Positions 1-10,225 are shown, numbered from the stretch's first letter. The stretch is 64,000 nucleotides of DNA from Patescibacteria group bacterium (GCA_038063755.1 JBBTUL010000012.1:572-64571), one strand, 5' to 3'. Notes: generated by a model from the letters alone, not told the origin. Program-made: numbers and translations.

Positions 1-1
1 G

Positions 2-700
2 TCCCCGTCCGACCTGCGCGTTGTATATGTTGCGCCAAAGGGATCAGGTTGGTCGCTTTTTACCCTGGACACGAAAAGTAAAACCGCAAAACCGCAGAGC
101 CTTTCTTCTTTTTCTCACGAAGGACTCTTTCCTTCTTGGATTTTTCCGGACAAGATTTTTCTCTCCGAAAAGCCCTCTGCCCTTGTCGACACTTCGGTTT
201 TTAGCTTTGACCTCGCCAAAAAAATTCTTTCGCGAATAGTGCAGGGTCGTGGAGCGCTCGCGCTATGGGACAGGGACGCAAGCAGGGGGATTGTTTTTGT
301 TGGAAACGCGCGCGGAGGGGGATCTCTTGCTCTTGTAGACAGCAGCGGGAATATTGAAAAGCAGTTTTCTTTTGTCACGCTTCCTTCAAAGTGCGCCTTC
401 GAAACAAAAACGCTTGGTCCACAGGCGGGAGTAAAGGCAAAGAAAAAATCTTGGCTTGTTTGCGCCGTTCCTCGCGACAGAAGAGCCTTCGAATCCTCCA
501 TTCTCCCCGATGCGTATTTTCAGAAGGAGCTCCGCACCGAAGACGGCTTTTACCGCATCGACATCGAGACCGGAACGATTACCACGCTTTTTGACGAAGA
601 GGCGAGCTCTCTCGACGCAGCAGACGTGAAAACAAAAAACGGAAGGGTTTATTTCCTAAACCAATACGACAATTTTCTTTATAGCATCTCTTTGGAGTAG
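2..700 (+). CDS. Hypothetical protein, 5' truncated (beta-propeller-like C-terminal part)
   Basis: The frame of ORF 239..700 is open back to position 2; beta-strand-rich repeats end in 'VYFLNQYDNFLYSISLE'; a terminator follows. Confidence 0.6.
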   Translation, partial: SPSDLRVVYVAPKGSGWSLFTLDTKSKTAKPQSLSSFSHEGLFPSWIFPDKIFLSEKPSALVDTSVFSFDLAKKILSRIVQGRGALALWDRDASRGIVFVGNARGGGSLALVDSSGNIEKQFSFVTLPSKCAFETKTLGPQAGVKAKKKSWLVCAVPRDRRAFESSILPDAYFQKELRTEDGFYRIDIETGTITTLFDEEASSLDAADVKTKNGRVYFLNQYDNFLYSISLE

Positions 701-711
701 CATCATAAAAG

Positions 712-735
712 TAAAAGCCCCGAAAGGGGCTTTTA
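712..735. terminator. Bidirectional intrinsic terminator
   Basis: TAAAAGCCCC-GAAA-GGGGCTTTTA hairpin between convergent genes. Confidence 0.8.
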
Positions 736-1203
736 CTTTTCTTCTTCGGGAGGTCCTAGCGGAGGCTTCTCCCCGTCTACGAGGCGGATCGTTACGCACC
801 TGCTCTTTCCTACCCCGTCGCTTACCGTCATGACGTCCGGATGCGCCGCAAGCTCGACGTGTATAAGGCGTCTCTCGTAAGAATTCATCGCCGGCAAAGA
901 GACCGCTTCTTTTGTCGCCCTTACCTTCCGTGCCGCAGCCCTTGCAAGCTCTCCCAGAAGCTTCTCTCTTTCTTTGCGATAGTTGTTCACATCAAAAACC
1001 ATCGGGTGTTCTCCCTCTTTTTGCGCAAGAACCTGCGAAAGATGGTTCAGCGCGTCTACGAGCTCAGGAAGGTGTCCTTGAAATGCTGGTGGTTGATTAT
1101 ATATAAAAACACTGCCGTGGTGATGCTCCAGGTCAAGCTCAACTGTATGCTCCCCGAATCCCATTCCTTCAATTGTCTTTTTTATGAATTGATCCCACTG
1201 CAT
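733..1203 (-). CDS. jag: Jag/KhpB (EloR)-like R3H-domain RNA-binding protein
   Basis: 'DVNNYR', 'LPAMNSYERRLIHVEL' R3H motif; canonical position after yidC. Confidence 0.85.
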   Translation of the reverse strand: MQWDQFIKKTIEGMGFGEHTVELDLEHHHGSVFIYNQPPAFQGHLPELVDALNHLSQVLAQKEGEHPMVFDVNNYRKEREKLLGELARAAARKVRATKEAVSLPAMNSYERRLIHVELAAHPDVMTVSDGVGKSRCVTIRLVDGEKPPLGPPEEEK

Positions 1204-1906
1204 GCTGTGATAAAGATTCTTTATTTACGATCATCTGTTGCACCACCGAGACGAGCGACGAGACAAACCAGTAGAGAGGAACTGCCGCAGGTAGGCCGAA
1301 AAAGATAACCACGGTCATAAGCGGCCCCACGAGAACCATCGATCTCGCAACACGATCCATAGAAGATGCGCTGTTTTGCGATTGCGCTGCAAGGGTGATC
1401 TTTCCCTGGACGTACTGAGCCACGGCCGCCGCGACCACCATTAGAATACTTCTCTCGTTTAAATTAATCAACCCGAAGAGAGTCGCGTTTATTCCTGCCG
1501 GGACATCAACAAATGAATATAGATCCAAAATCGGTATAGGGCTTAGTCCGCGAAGAAAAATTCTGTAGAGCGCGATAAGTATTGGCAGTTGGACAACAAG
1601 GAGGATCATCCCTGAAAATGGATTCACTCCCGCCGTCTTATAAAGAGCCATCACTTCTGTTGTTTGTTTTTTTGGGTCTTTTTTGTACTTCTCCTGTAGC
1701 TCTTTCATTTTTGGCTGTAGCTCCTTCAGCTGTTTTTGATGTCTAAGGCTTTTTTGAAAGATCGGAAACAAAAGAAGCCGGACCAGCACCGTAAGAAGGA
1801 TTATTGCAACCCCAAGGTCCTGAAATCCGATCGTATTATAAAGCCCAACCAAAAGATTAATAAGCGGGCGATGAAGGGTTTCGTTGAAAAATTCACCAAT
1901 AATCAT
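1169..1906 (-). CDS. yidC: Membrane protein insertase YidC (short form)
   Basis: 'LGVAIILLTVLVRLLLFP', 'LQPKMKELQEKYK', 'QLPILIALY', 'LYWFVS'. Confidence 0.95.
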   Translation of the reverse strand: MIIGEFFNETLHRPLINLLVGLYNTIGFQDLGVAIILLTVLVRLLLFPIFQKSLRHQKQLKELQPKMKELQEKYKKDPKKQTTEVMALYKTAGVNPFSGMILLVVQLPILIALYRIFLRGLSPIPILDLYSFVDVPAGINATLFGLINLNERSILMVVAAAVAQYVQGKITLAAQSQNSASSMDRVARSMVLVGPLMTVVIFFGLPAAVPLYWFVSSLVSVVQQMIVNKESLSQHAVGSIHKKDN

Positions 1907-2229
1907 TTTTTTCTTTTTGCTTCGCCAAAAAGAGCATACACCTCTTCTTTAAGGGCGGCAAACGAAAGACTTGTTGCTCCTTTTTTTGCTATCACACAAA
2001 CATCAAGCCCGAGCATGTCTTCTGGATCAAAAAGGGCTACAACTTGCCTTTTTAGACGATGCCGGTCTACTGCGCGCTTTGCTGCTTCTTTTGAAACAAC
2101 CACCCCAAGTCTTCCGGGGGTTTTCTCCGTTCTCTTAAAAAGGAGCTTTAGGTTTTTAGAGCTCGCTCCCCCATGAATAGTCTCAAAAAAAGATGAATCG
2201 AGCGGAGTTCGGCGAATCCTAGGAAGCAT
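1903..2229 (-). CDS. rnpA: Ribonuclease P protein component
   Basis: 'RLGVVVSK..AKRAVDRHRLKR' RNR-like motif; synteny rpmH-rnpA-yidC. Confidence 0.9.
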   Translation of the reverse strand: MLPRIRRTPLDSSFFETIHGGASSKNLKLLFKRTEKTPGRLGVVVSKEAAKRAVDRHRLKRQVVALFDPEDMLGLDVCVIAKKGATSLSFAALKEEVYALFGEAKRKK

Positions 2230-2244
2230 ATTTCCCTTTTTCCG

Positions 2245-2379
2245 TTATAGCGCCAGCCTCTTGCGCCCCTTCGCTCTTCTCCGTTTAAGAACCTTTTTTC
2301 CGCCGGGCTTCCTGCGTCTTGCAATAAACCCGTGCGTTCGCGCCCTTTTCCTCTTCTTTGGTTGATATGTTTGCGACAT
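2245..2379 (-). CDS. rpmH: 50S ribosomal protein L34 (not in ORF track)
   Basis: Manual translation [44 protein letters not shown]. Confidence 0.95.
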   Translation of the reverse strand: MSQTYQPKKRKRARTHGFIARRRKPGGKKVLKRRRAKGRKRLAL

Positions 2380-2433
2380 ACAACCCACTGTATCACCTTT
2401 CTCTTTTTTTGTAAAATTTTTTCTCTGAAATAT

Positions 2434-2453
2434 TTATTCACAGCAAATCCACA
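2434..2453 (+). promoter_or_regulatory. DnaA boxes upstream of dnaA
   Basis: TTATTCACA (2434-2442) and degenerate AAATCCACA (2445-2453). Confidence 0.65.
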
Positions 2454-2509
2454 GAAAAGATTCAAAAACTTTTTTGACTCCTTTCGAATTACCCGTACAA
2501 TGGAACCTA

Positions 2510-3865
2510 ATGAATCTCGAAGAACTTTGGCAGCTCACACTAGGCGAAATGGAGGTTCAGCTTTCGAGGGCTAACTTTGCAACGTGGCTAAAAAGCAGTC
2601 GTCTTTTAAACAAAGACGACGGCGTAATGTATGTTTCTTTGCCGAACCACTTCGCCCGAGAGTGGGTCGAGAATAAATATCACAAAAACCTCCTTGGTAT
2701 CATCCGTGGATTTGATCCTTCGACTAAAAAAATTGAGTTTGTCGTTCGCCAAGAACATCAGGAGCCACCTCCCGAGAAAATAACTTCGAAAGAATTTGAA
2801 AAATTTGAAAACCGCATCGACTTTCAGTTTAAAGTTGATGGAGATAGTAATTTAAATTCTCGCTATACAATGGATTCTTTCGTTGTTGGCCCGTCGAACG
2901 AGCTTGCTTTTGCGGCAGCAAGCGCAATCGTTCAAGATGTTGGAGTAAAGTATAATCCTTTCTTTGTATACGGTGGAGTTGGCCTGGGGAAAACGCACCT
3001 TATCCAAGCGATCGGAAACGGTATTCTCGAAAAATATCAGAAAAAAATTCGTCCTCGTTATGTTTCTTCGGAGAAGTTCACGAGCGACATTGTTTGGGCG
3101 CTTCGTAATAAAAGAATCGATGATATAAAAAAGAAATACAGGGACTGCGATGTCCTTATTATCGACGACATTCAGTTTATTAGCGGGAAAGAAAAAACAA
3201 TGGAAGAATTTTTCCATACCTTCAACGCTCTTTATGAAAACAATAAACAAATTATTATTTCTTCTGATCGCCCGCCTCAATCTCTTGCAACGCTCGAAGA
3301 TCGCCTGCGCTCTAGGTTTGAGGGCGGTCTCATCGCCGACATAGGATATCCTGAATATGAAATGCGCCTCGCTATTATTCGCAGCAAGCTCCAGGAAAAA
3401 AACCAGGTTTTAACCGATGAAATTATTGATCTTATTGCTCGTCGAGTTAAGAAAAATATCCGAGAGCTTGAGGGGGTTTTAAATAAAATAATCTTTTCTC
3501 AAGAAACAAAAAAACGCCCCCTTACAGAAGAAGAGGTGGAAGAGGTTATCAAAAAATCGTTGAAAAACTTCTCGCAAAGGGTCTCCGATGACCAAATATT
3601 AAAAGCAGTAGCCGACTTTTTCCGGGTTGCTCCTGAGGACCTTATGCGGCGGATTCGGAAGAAAGAAATCGTTGAACCCCGTCAAATCGCCATGTATCTT
3701 CTTCGGGATATCCTCGATATGTCATACCCATATATTGGGGAAAAGATGGGGAGAGATCACACTACCGCAATTCACGCTGTTGAGAAAATAACCCAGGAAA
3801 TCAATAAGAATTCTTCTTTGAGCCAAAAAATCAATCTTATCAAGGATTTAATATACAGAAATTAG
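2510..3865 (+). CDS. dnaA: Chromosomal replication initiator DnaA
   Basis: 'YNPFFVYGGVGLGKTHL', 'LIIDDIQF', 'RELEG', 'GRDHTTAIHA'; start taken at MNLEELW. Confidence 0.99.
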   Translation: MNLEELWQLTLGEMEVQLSRANFATWLKSSRLLNKDDGVMYVSLPNHFAREWVENKYHKNLLGIIRGFDPSTKKIEFVVRQEHQEPPPEKITSKEFEKFENRIDFQFKVDGDSNLNSRYTMDSFVVGPSNELAFAAASAIVQDVGVKYNPFFVYGGVGLGKTHLIQAIGNGILEKYQKKIRPRYVSSEKFTSDIVWALRNKRIDDIKKKYRDCDVLIIDDIQFISGKEKTMEEFFHTFNALYENNKQIIISSDRPPQSLATLEDRLRSRFEGGLIADIGYPEYEMRLAIIRSKLQEKNQVLTDEIIDLIARRVKKNIRELEGVLNKIIFSQETKKRPLTEEEVEEVIKKSLKNFSQRVSDDQILKAVADFFRVAPEDLMRRIRKKEIVEPRQIAMYLLRDILDMSYPYIGEKMGRDHTTAIHAVEKITQEINKNSSLSQKINLIKDLIYRN

Positions 3866-3992
3866 GAACCTTTAATACTCTTCTTATAAACAGGTATAAC
3901 CCGGAAAAAGAACCATTCCATAAAGATATCAACAGTTCCCATAGTACAGTAACAACAGTAATAATATATTAACTAATAGTAATAATAGGAGA
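3866..3992. other. Probable oriC unwinding region (dnaA-dnaN intergenic)
   Basis: AT-rich; degenerate DnaA boxes (TTATAAACA, ATATCAACA); NAN trinucleotide runs CAG-TAA-CAA-CAG-TAA-TAA and TAA-TAG-TAA-TAA-TAG resembling DnaA-trios. Confidence 0.7.
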
Positions 3993-5111
3993 ATGAACTT
4001 TGTTATTTTAAGAGATAAATTAAAAGAAGGGCTGGATATAGTTTCTCATTTCGTAAATGACGGAAATAATCTTCCCGTTTTAAAAAATATTCTCGTCCGA
4101 GCAGACGAAAATAAAATAACTCTTTCGGCAACAAATCTTGAAAGCGGAATTTCTTTTTATATTCCTTGCAAGGTAATTCAACAAGGATCGTTTACAGCTC
4201 CGGCAAATATTTTAAGCCAAGTTATAAATAATATTCAACAAGACAAAATAAACGTCGAACAGAAAAACAGTTTTTTTGAAATAAAAACAGAAAATTATCA
4301 AGCTTCGATTCAGGGAATTTCTTCGGAAGATTTTCCGATTATTCCAAGAATTAAAAACATAACGACCTCGCTCGAAATAGAAGGAAAAATATTAAAAGAG
4401 GCCCTTGATCAGACAACTACAGCAACGCAGTTTTCAGATCTTCGCCCAGAATTAAACAGCATTCTTTTTTCATACGGTTTGAATAATATTACTTTCGTAG
4501 GAACCGATAGCTTTCGATTAGCGGAAAAAAAACTCCAAGAAAGCCAATTCTCTTCAAACGAGAAAAAAGAATGGAGCGTTTTACTTCCTTTAAAAACAGC
4601 ACAAGAACTTTCGAAAACTATAAAGAACGAAGGGAAAATAAAAATAAATAAAGACGAAAACCAAATTCTTTTCAAAAGCGAAAACTTCGAAATAATTTCA
4701 AGAACAATTGAAGGAGCGTTTCCTGACTACCAAGCTATAATGCCAAAACAATTTTATGCAGAAATAACTGCTTCAAGAGAAGAGTTTATTAACGCCCTAA
4801 AACTCATTGGAATAATGGCCGATTTTGGAAACGAAATTACCGTTCGTATTTCTCCTGGGAAGAAAGCGATCGAGCTTTTTTCGAAAAGCAAGAACCAAGG
4901 AGATAATACATATGTTCTTTCAGCAAAGATTGACTGTAAGAAAGACGCGATAGAAACGAGTTTTAATTGGAGATTTTTACTCGAAGGGCTAAAAAGCATT
5001 TCCGCAGAAGAAATATTTTTTGGAATAAACGAAGAAAATAAACCAGCAATACTGCGTGCCCCACAAAAAGGATCGTATTTTTATATCCTTATGCCGATTC
5101 TTAAGGGATAG
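3993..5111 (+). CDS. dnaN: DNA polymerase III beta sliding clamp
   Basis: 'LPVLKNILV', 'ATNLE', 'TDSFRLAE', 'GAFPDYQAIMP', 'YILMPI'. Confidence 0.98.
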   Translation: MNFVILRDKLKEGLDIVSHFVNDGNNLPVLKNILVRADENKITLSATNLESGISFYIPCKVIQQGSFTAPANILSQVINNIQQDKINVEQKNSFFEIKTENYQASIQGISSEDFPIIPRIKNITTSLEIEGKILKEALDQTTTATQFSDLRPELNSILFSYGLNNITFVGTDSFRLAEKKLQESQFSSNEKKEWSVLLPLKTAQELSKTIKNEGKIKINKDENQILFKSENFEIISRTIEGAFPDYQAIMPKQFYAEITASREEFINALKLIGIMADFGNEITVRISPGKKAIELFSKSKNQGDNTYVLSAKIDCKKDAIETSFNWRFLLEGLKSISAEEIFFGINEENKPAILRAPQKGSYFYILMPILKG

Positions 5112-5112
5112 A

Positions 5113-7551
5113 TCAGTAGAGGATAGAAAAGGATTTTCCAGTGCTTCCAGACTCATCTTCCGCTTCAACCGAAAGGATGTTTTGCGGAAAAAGAGGAGCA
5201 GAAAAAGAAAAACGGAGTTCATAGCTTGTTCCAAACGAGCCAAGGAAGGATTGTACTAAGCGCTCGTTAAAATAAACGCGAATAGTCTTCATGGGAGCCG
5301 AGCTTTTTAAGTTAGCGACAATAGAAACCGGATTTGTGTTCGTAAAGCTTCCCTCGGATGGATGGACAACCGTAATCTGCGGAGGAAAAAGGGGTTTTTG
5401 AGAGGCGAGGATGTCCGAGGCAGAATCCTGCTGAACAGGAGAAAATATTCCGAGATTGTCTTTTGCCCACGAAAGAACACCGAATTCCCAACGCAAGAAT
5501 TGAGAATCAGAGGCCGGATTTTGCGGAGGGGGGCCAAGAGGATTTTTTTTATCGACAAAATAAAGAATCGAATGAACCTCGCTACCCTCAAGGTAGTTTC
5601 CCCGCAAAATATTTTTTTCTGGAAAAACAGGATCCGGTTTTGAAAAAATTTCTGAAGGAACCGTCTTTAACGCCTCTCCAAAAAACTTACTCCAAGTTGG
5701 TATCGCGGCGAGAATGCTCGATCCTTGTTTTTGCATTGCCGAACTGTCGTTGTTTCCCGCCCAAACGCCCACAACGAGAGATGGGGTATATCCAACCGCC
5801 CATGCGTCAACGTAGTCGTTGCTTGTTCCTGTTTTTAGCGCAACCTCGTGATCCGAGAAAACCGTAAGCGCAAGACTGCTTGGAGAAAGAAGTCCGGAGC
5901 GCGCTTCAACGTCGGTAAGGATGCTGTTTACTAAGCGAGGAAGCTGCGGTTCCAAAACGATCTTTTCTTTGTTTATGTAAGACTCCAAAACTTCTCCATT
6001 TCGATCCCGAACTTCCATGACAAAGGATTGTTCGCGAAGGACGCCCTCTTGAGAAAGAACAGAATATGCTTTTACAAGATCGACAAGGCGAACTGCCCCA
6101 CCTCCCAAGACCAGGGAGAGGCCGTATCGCTCAGGATTAGTGAGCGTAGCAAGACCCAGGCTGTTCATGAGGCGCACCGTGTCGGATATTCCCGCAAGAT
6201 ACAGAACCTTAACCGCGGGGACGTTTATAGATTGCGCCAAGGCATTACGGAAAGAAACGGGGCCGCGAAATTTCTGATCAAAGTTTTCAGGGTGGAAACA
6301 TTGCGGGGGATCAGAGCTGAAATCCGGCTTTGCCGGACACGAAGAGATCGAAGAGAACTCTGTTGGAACATCAAAGACAACGGTTTCCGGAGTATAACCC
6401 TTCATGAACGCATTTAAATAAACAAAGGGCTTGAGAGATGATCCTGGCTGGCGCAGGCCCTGGAGGGCGACATTAAAATTTCCTTCATTTTTTATATCAA
6501 AATAATCTCGCGAACCAACAAGAGCAAGGATCTGGCCAGTCTTGGGATCTTCCGCGACAAGAGCAGCATTCTTCCCTTTGTAGAGGCGTTCGTTGTTTTC
6601 AGCCCCTTCTTTTACGGTTTTTTCGGCGATCTCCTGCAAATTCCAATCGAGCGTGGTAATAACGCGAAGTCCTCCTTTTTGCACTGCATCTTCTCCGTAC
6701 TTCTGTACCAAATGGTCTTGTACGGCGAAAACAAAATGAGGGGCTTTAATGCTTTGTGTTGATTGCGGCATGAAACGAACCGGTTCCGAAAGAGCAGATT
6801 TATATTGCGCATCCGTTATAAAGCCAAGATCTTTCATTTTTCTAAGAACGACATTAGCCCTTCTTAAAAGCTCGCTTGCTCGGGATCCCCAAGGAGAGTA
6901 ATAGCTTGGCGCCTGCGGAAGGGCTGCAAGAATTGATGACTCCCGAAGAGATATTTCGTGGACCGGCTTTCCGAAATAGGCCCGACTAGCCGCCTCTGCT
7001 CCGTAAAGGGTTGAGCCATAAGGGATTTCGTTTAAGTAAAGCTCAAGGATCTGATCTTTTGTGTAATTCTCTGAAAGGCGGACAGCAAGCATAAGTTCCC
7101 TGAGTTTTCGAGAGACGGTTTTTTCCGGACTCAGAAAAGCATTTCTGGCCAGCTGCTGGGTTATGGTAGAGCCGCCCTGACGAATTTCTCCGTGGCGCAG
7201 ATTTACGACGAAAGCCCGAACGATACCACGCAGATCGAATGCCGGCTCCGTATAAAACTTTTCGTCTTCAATCGCGATAGTCGCCTGTTCGAGATGGTCG
7301 GGTATTTCAACAAGAGAAGCAACGGTGCGCCTTTCTCCGGCGTTAATTTCGTACAAAAGAACCTCCCCGGTCCTATCATATATCTTTGTAGACTCGCTTA
7401 CTTCTCGCGCCCTGATCTGCTCAATCGTCGGAAGGGAGCGAAAAAGGAAAATCAAAAAAAGAGAAAAAGCAAAGAAAAAAACAAAGAAAGGGAAAAGAAA
7501 GAACCGATTGAAATTCTGCCCTCGACGAAGAAAAGAAAAAAAGCGACGCAT
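5113..7551 (-). CDS. Class A penicillin-binding protein (transglycosylase/transpeptidase) with C-terminal Ig-like domain
   Basis: 'IAIEDEKFY', 'GGSTITQQLARN', 'RKLREL', SxxK 'GSSLKPF', SxN 'SIN', 'KTGT'; start at MRRFFS before the TM segment. Confidence 0.95.
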   Translation of the reverse strand: MRRFFSFLRRGQNFNRFFLFPFFVFFFAFSLFLIFLFRSLPTIEQIRAREVSESTKIYDRTGEVLLYEINAGERRTVASLVEIPDHLEQATIAIEDEKFYTEPAFDLRGIVRAFVVNLRHGEIRQGGSTITQQLARNAFLSPEKTVSRKLRELMLAVRLSENYTKDQILELYLNEIPYGSTLYGAEAASRAYFGKPVHEISLRESSILAALPQAPSYYSPWGSRASELLRRANVVLRKMKDLGFITDAQYKSALSEPVRFMPQSTQSIKAPHFVFAVQDHLVQKYGEDAVQKGGLRVITTLDWNLQEIAEKTVKEGAENNERLYKGKNAALVAEDPKTGQILALVGSRDYFDIKNEGNFNVALQGLRQPGSSLKPFVYLNAFMKGYTPETVVFDVPTEFSSISSCPAKPDFSSDPPQCFHPENFDQKFRGPVSFRNALAQSINVPAVKVLYLAGISDTVRLMNSLGLATLTNPERYGLSLVLGGGAVRLVDLVKAYSVLSQEGVLREQSFVMEVRDRNGEVLESYINKEKIVLEPQLPRLVNSILTDVEARSGLLSPSSLALTVFSDHEVALKTGTSNDYVDAWAVGYTPSLVVGVWAGNNDSSAMQKQGSSILAAIPTWSKFFGEALKTVPSEIFSKPDPVFPEKNILRGNYLEGSEVHSILYFVDKKNPLGPPPQNPASDSQFLRWEFGVLSWAKDNLGIFSPVQQDSASDILASQKPLFPPQITVVHPSEGSFTNTNPVSIVANLKSSAPMKTIRVYFNERLVQSFLGSFGTSYELRFSFSAPLFPQNILSVEAEDESGSTGKSFSILY

Positions 7552-7624
7552 GTTCCAATTATGAACAAACGCGCCAGGAAAGTCTATTTCCTGGCGCGTT
7601 TGTTCTATGGATAAAGCGAAGCTT

Positions 7625-7792
7625 TTATTCCTCGCTCTCTTCGGTGCCGAGAGGCTCATCGACCTCTTCTTCAAGAGGTTCTCCGATATCGTTCTCGCCG
7701 TCGTCAACGCCGGCGTCTCCCCCTGGAGGGGTAACACCCTCTTCTTCGTCACTCAGGGAAAGACCCTGAAGGGCAACATCGTATTCTTGCAT
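7625..7792 (-). CDS. Small highly acidic protein (55 aa)
   Basis: MQEYDVALQGLSLSDEEEG...EESEE fills the ruvC-PBP gap; upstream -10-like TATACT. Confidence 0.5.
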   Translation of the reverse strand: MQEYDVALQGLSLSDEEEGVTPPGGDAGVDDGENDIGEPLEEEVDEPLGTEESEE

Positions 7793-7887
7793 TGTTATAT
7801 CTTTCAGGATACGACCTTTCGTTTCTTGTTCTCGGAATTGTTTATGAGAATCAATTGTGGTGAAGTATATGCGAGCAAACGTAGCTG

Positions 7888-8370
7888 TCAATACCCCTTA
7901 ATCCTTGTTTTTGGATCGGAAAAAGCGACCAAGGAAAGGGCGATGGCGTCATATGCATCGTCTATAAGGTCAAGGGTCGGTTCCCCGAGAATCAGGCGGA
8001 CCATCTTAGCAACAGCCTTCTTGTCGGCGCCGCCATAGCCCGCGAGGCTTGATTTAACCTCTGTGGGCGTATATTCGAGGATGGGAACTCCTCTTTCTTC
8101 GGCGGCGAGTACGGCGACGCCGCGTGCTTCTGCGACAGCAATGGCTGTTTTCTGGTTTTTAGAGAAGTATAGCCGTTCGATTGCAAGGGCCGACGGCCGA
8201 TAGGAAAGGAAAAGGGAGTCAAGACGTTTCTTGATTGTGGCGAGAGAAACAGCGCCGCCATCGGGGGAGTCCAAAATTCCAGCTTCGAGAAGAGAGAGGA
8301 AAGAGCCCTCTTTTTTCACAACGCCGAAACCCATGCGTTTTGTTCCCGGATCAATGCCAAGGATAATCAT
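7888..8370 (-). CDS. ruvC: Holliday junction resolvase RuvC
   Basis: 'ILGIDPG', 'AIERLYF', 'EARGV', 'EYTPTEVK', 'DDAYDAIA'. Confidence 0.97.
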   Translation of the reverse strand: MIILGIDPGTKRMGFGVVKKEGSFLSLLEAGILDSPDGGAVSLATIKKRLDSLFLSYRPSALAIERLYFSKNQKTAIAVAEARGVAVLAAEERGVPILEYTPTEVKSSLAGYGGADKKAVAKMVRLILGEPTLDLIDDAYDAIALSLVAFSDPKTRIKGY

Positions 8371-8536
8371 AAGAAAGAAATATCAGTATACACATTCTGG
8401 ATCGACTCGCGTCCCTTCGATCGTGAGCGTCCAGCCACATATAAATACTATACGAAAAAAAAGAAATTTGCCGGGAAACGCGGCAGTAAGCGGATGGCGC
8501 ACTAGCGAAAGGCAAAAAGAGTAGAATGAAAGGATA

Positions 8537-10225
8537 ATGGCAGAGACGCCACAATCTATTCTTCAGGCAAAGCTTACGGACATCCATCGCCAAGCGGAGG
8601 AGCGTGATGCTGAGCGGAGGGCAAAAGACAGGAAGACTCCGTACGTTGATGTTCGGAAGCTTCCCGTCTCAATCGATGCGGTGAAATTCATTTCCGAAGA
8701 AGACGCACGGAAGGCGTATATTGCCGCGGTCCAGATGGGGACGAGCGAACTCGCTGTTATTGTGTATGATCCGCTCCTCGAAGAAACAAAAAAAGTCATA
8801 GGCGAGCTCGAGAAAAAAAACTACCACGCGAAGATGTTCGTGGTTTCGAAAAGCGGACTCGCGCAAGTTTGGAGAATGTACGAGTTCATTCCTCCAGAAG
8901 CAAAAGAGATCACTGGAAAGGTTGAAATAACCAAGAAGCGCCTCGAGGAGCTCTTGGCGAAGCTTACCACCATTGAGACCGTAAAGAAGGAGATCGAAGG
9001 ATTCGATTTTGGCCATCTTTCAACCACAAACCTCATCGAGGCGATTCTCGCCGGAGCCATGGCGAACAGAACCTCGGATATTCACTTCGAAGCGGAGGAA
9101 AAAACAGCCCGCATCAGATTTCGCATTGACGGGTTGCTTCACGATGTTGTCTCTGCACTTCCGGCGAAAAATTACGAATCGCTTGTGTCGCGCGTAAAAC
9201 TTTTCTCTGGACTGAAAATAAATATTCACGGAGAGGCGCAAGACGGGAGGTTTACTATTAAGTTGGAAAACAAAGAAATCGAAATGCGCGTTTCGATTAT
9301 TCCCTCAGAGTTTGGAGAAACCGTTGTTATGCGTATTCTCGACCCCGCTGCGATTATGACCGACCTTGAGCATCTGGGGCTGCGCGCGGACGACCTTGCC
9401 CTGGTAGACGAGGAGCTTCGGAGGCCGAATGGACTTATTTTAAACACCGGGCCAACCGGATCAGGAAAAACAACAACGCTTTACGCGTTTTTGCGGAAAC
9501 TAGTGAACCCCGAAACCAAGATTATAACCATCGAGGATCCAATTGAGTATCGCGTGGCGGGGGTTGAGCAAACACAGACGAACACAGAGGTCGGATACAC
9601 CTTTGCCGATGGGCTCCGAGCTATCGTGCGCCAGGATCCCGACGTCATTCTTGTCGGAGAAATTCGAGATTTTGAAACCGCCAACATTGCTCTTCAGGCA
9701 TCGCTTACCGGACACATGGTTTTTTCAACGCTTCATACGAACAGCGCAGTCGGTGCGGTTCCTCGGCTCGTAGACCTTGGAGTGAAGGCGGAGAGTATTG
9801 GCCCTGCGCTTTCTCTTATTATCGCCCAGAGGCTCGTCCGAGTTCTTTGTGAAAACTGCAAGAAGGCAGTGCCTACCCCTTCGGACTTAAAGAAAAAAAT
9901 TGAAAGCTTCTTTGAAAAACTTCCATCAAGAGTTGACCGTGCGCCCTACGAAACGATAAAAATGTTTTTTCCGGTAGGATGCGAGAAATGCAATATGCTT
10001 GGCTATAAGGGGAGAAGGGGAATTTTCGAATTCCTTCGCTGCGGAACGGAATTTCAGGAATTAGTGCTTAGTTCGTCGTCTGAGGTGGGGCTTCGCAAGT
10101 TTGCCAAAAAGCAAGAAATGGTTTCTATGCAGGAAGACGGAGTGCTAAAGACGCTTTTAGGCATTACCACATTCGAGGAGGTTGAGTCTGTCACTGGGCC
10201 TATTGTGTGGGAAGAGAAGGCGTGA
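8537..10225 (+). CDS. pilB: Type IV pilus/T2SS assembly ATPase (PilB/GspE family)
   Basis: 'SDIHFE', 'QDGRF', Walker A 'GPTGSGKTTTLY', 'IEDPIEY', 'RQDPDVILVGEIRD', CxxC..CxxC. Confidence 0.93.
   Translation: MAETPQSILQAKLTDIHRQAEERDAERRAKDRKTPYVDVRKLPVSIDAVKFISEEDARKAYIAAVQMGTSELAVIVYDPLLEETKKVIGELEKKNYHAKMFVVSKSGLAQVWRMYEFIPPEAKEITGKVEITKKRLEELLAKLTTIETVKKEIEGFDFGHLSTTNLIEAILAGAMANRTSDIHFEAEEKTARIRFRIDGLLHDVVSALPAKNYESLVSRVKLFSGLKINIHGEAQDGRFTIKLENKEIEMRVSIIPSEFGETVVMRILDPAAIMTDLEHLGLRADDLALVDEELRRPNGLILNTGPTGSGKTTTLYAFLRKLVNPETKIITIEDPIEYRVAGVEQTQTNTEVGYTFADGLRAIVRQDPDVILVGEIRDFETANIALQASLTGHMVFSTLHTNSAVGAVPRLVDLGVKAESIGPALSLIIAQRLVRVLCENCKKAVPTPSDLKKKIESFFEKLPSRVDRAPYETIKMFFPVGCEKCNMLGYKGRRGIFEFLRCGTEFQELVLSSSSEVGLRKFAKKQEMVSMQEDGVLKTLLGITTFEEVESVTGPIVWEEKA

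Noticed and set aside
7552-7752. N-terminal extension of PBP1A in the ORF track
   Set aside because: It overlaps the acidic ORF; the ATG at 7551 directly precedes the expected basic-plus-TM anchor.
8537-10225. PilB as the motor of the 35-63 kb locus
   Set aside because: It is 25 kb away and none of the locus proteins has a class III prepilin signal; it probably serves type IV pili encoded elsewhere.
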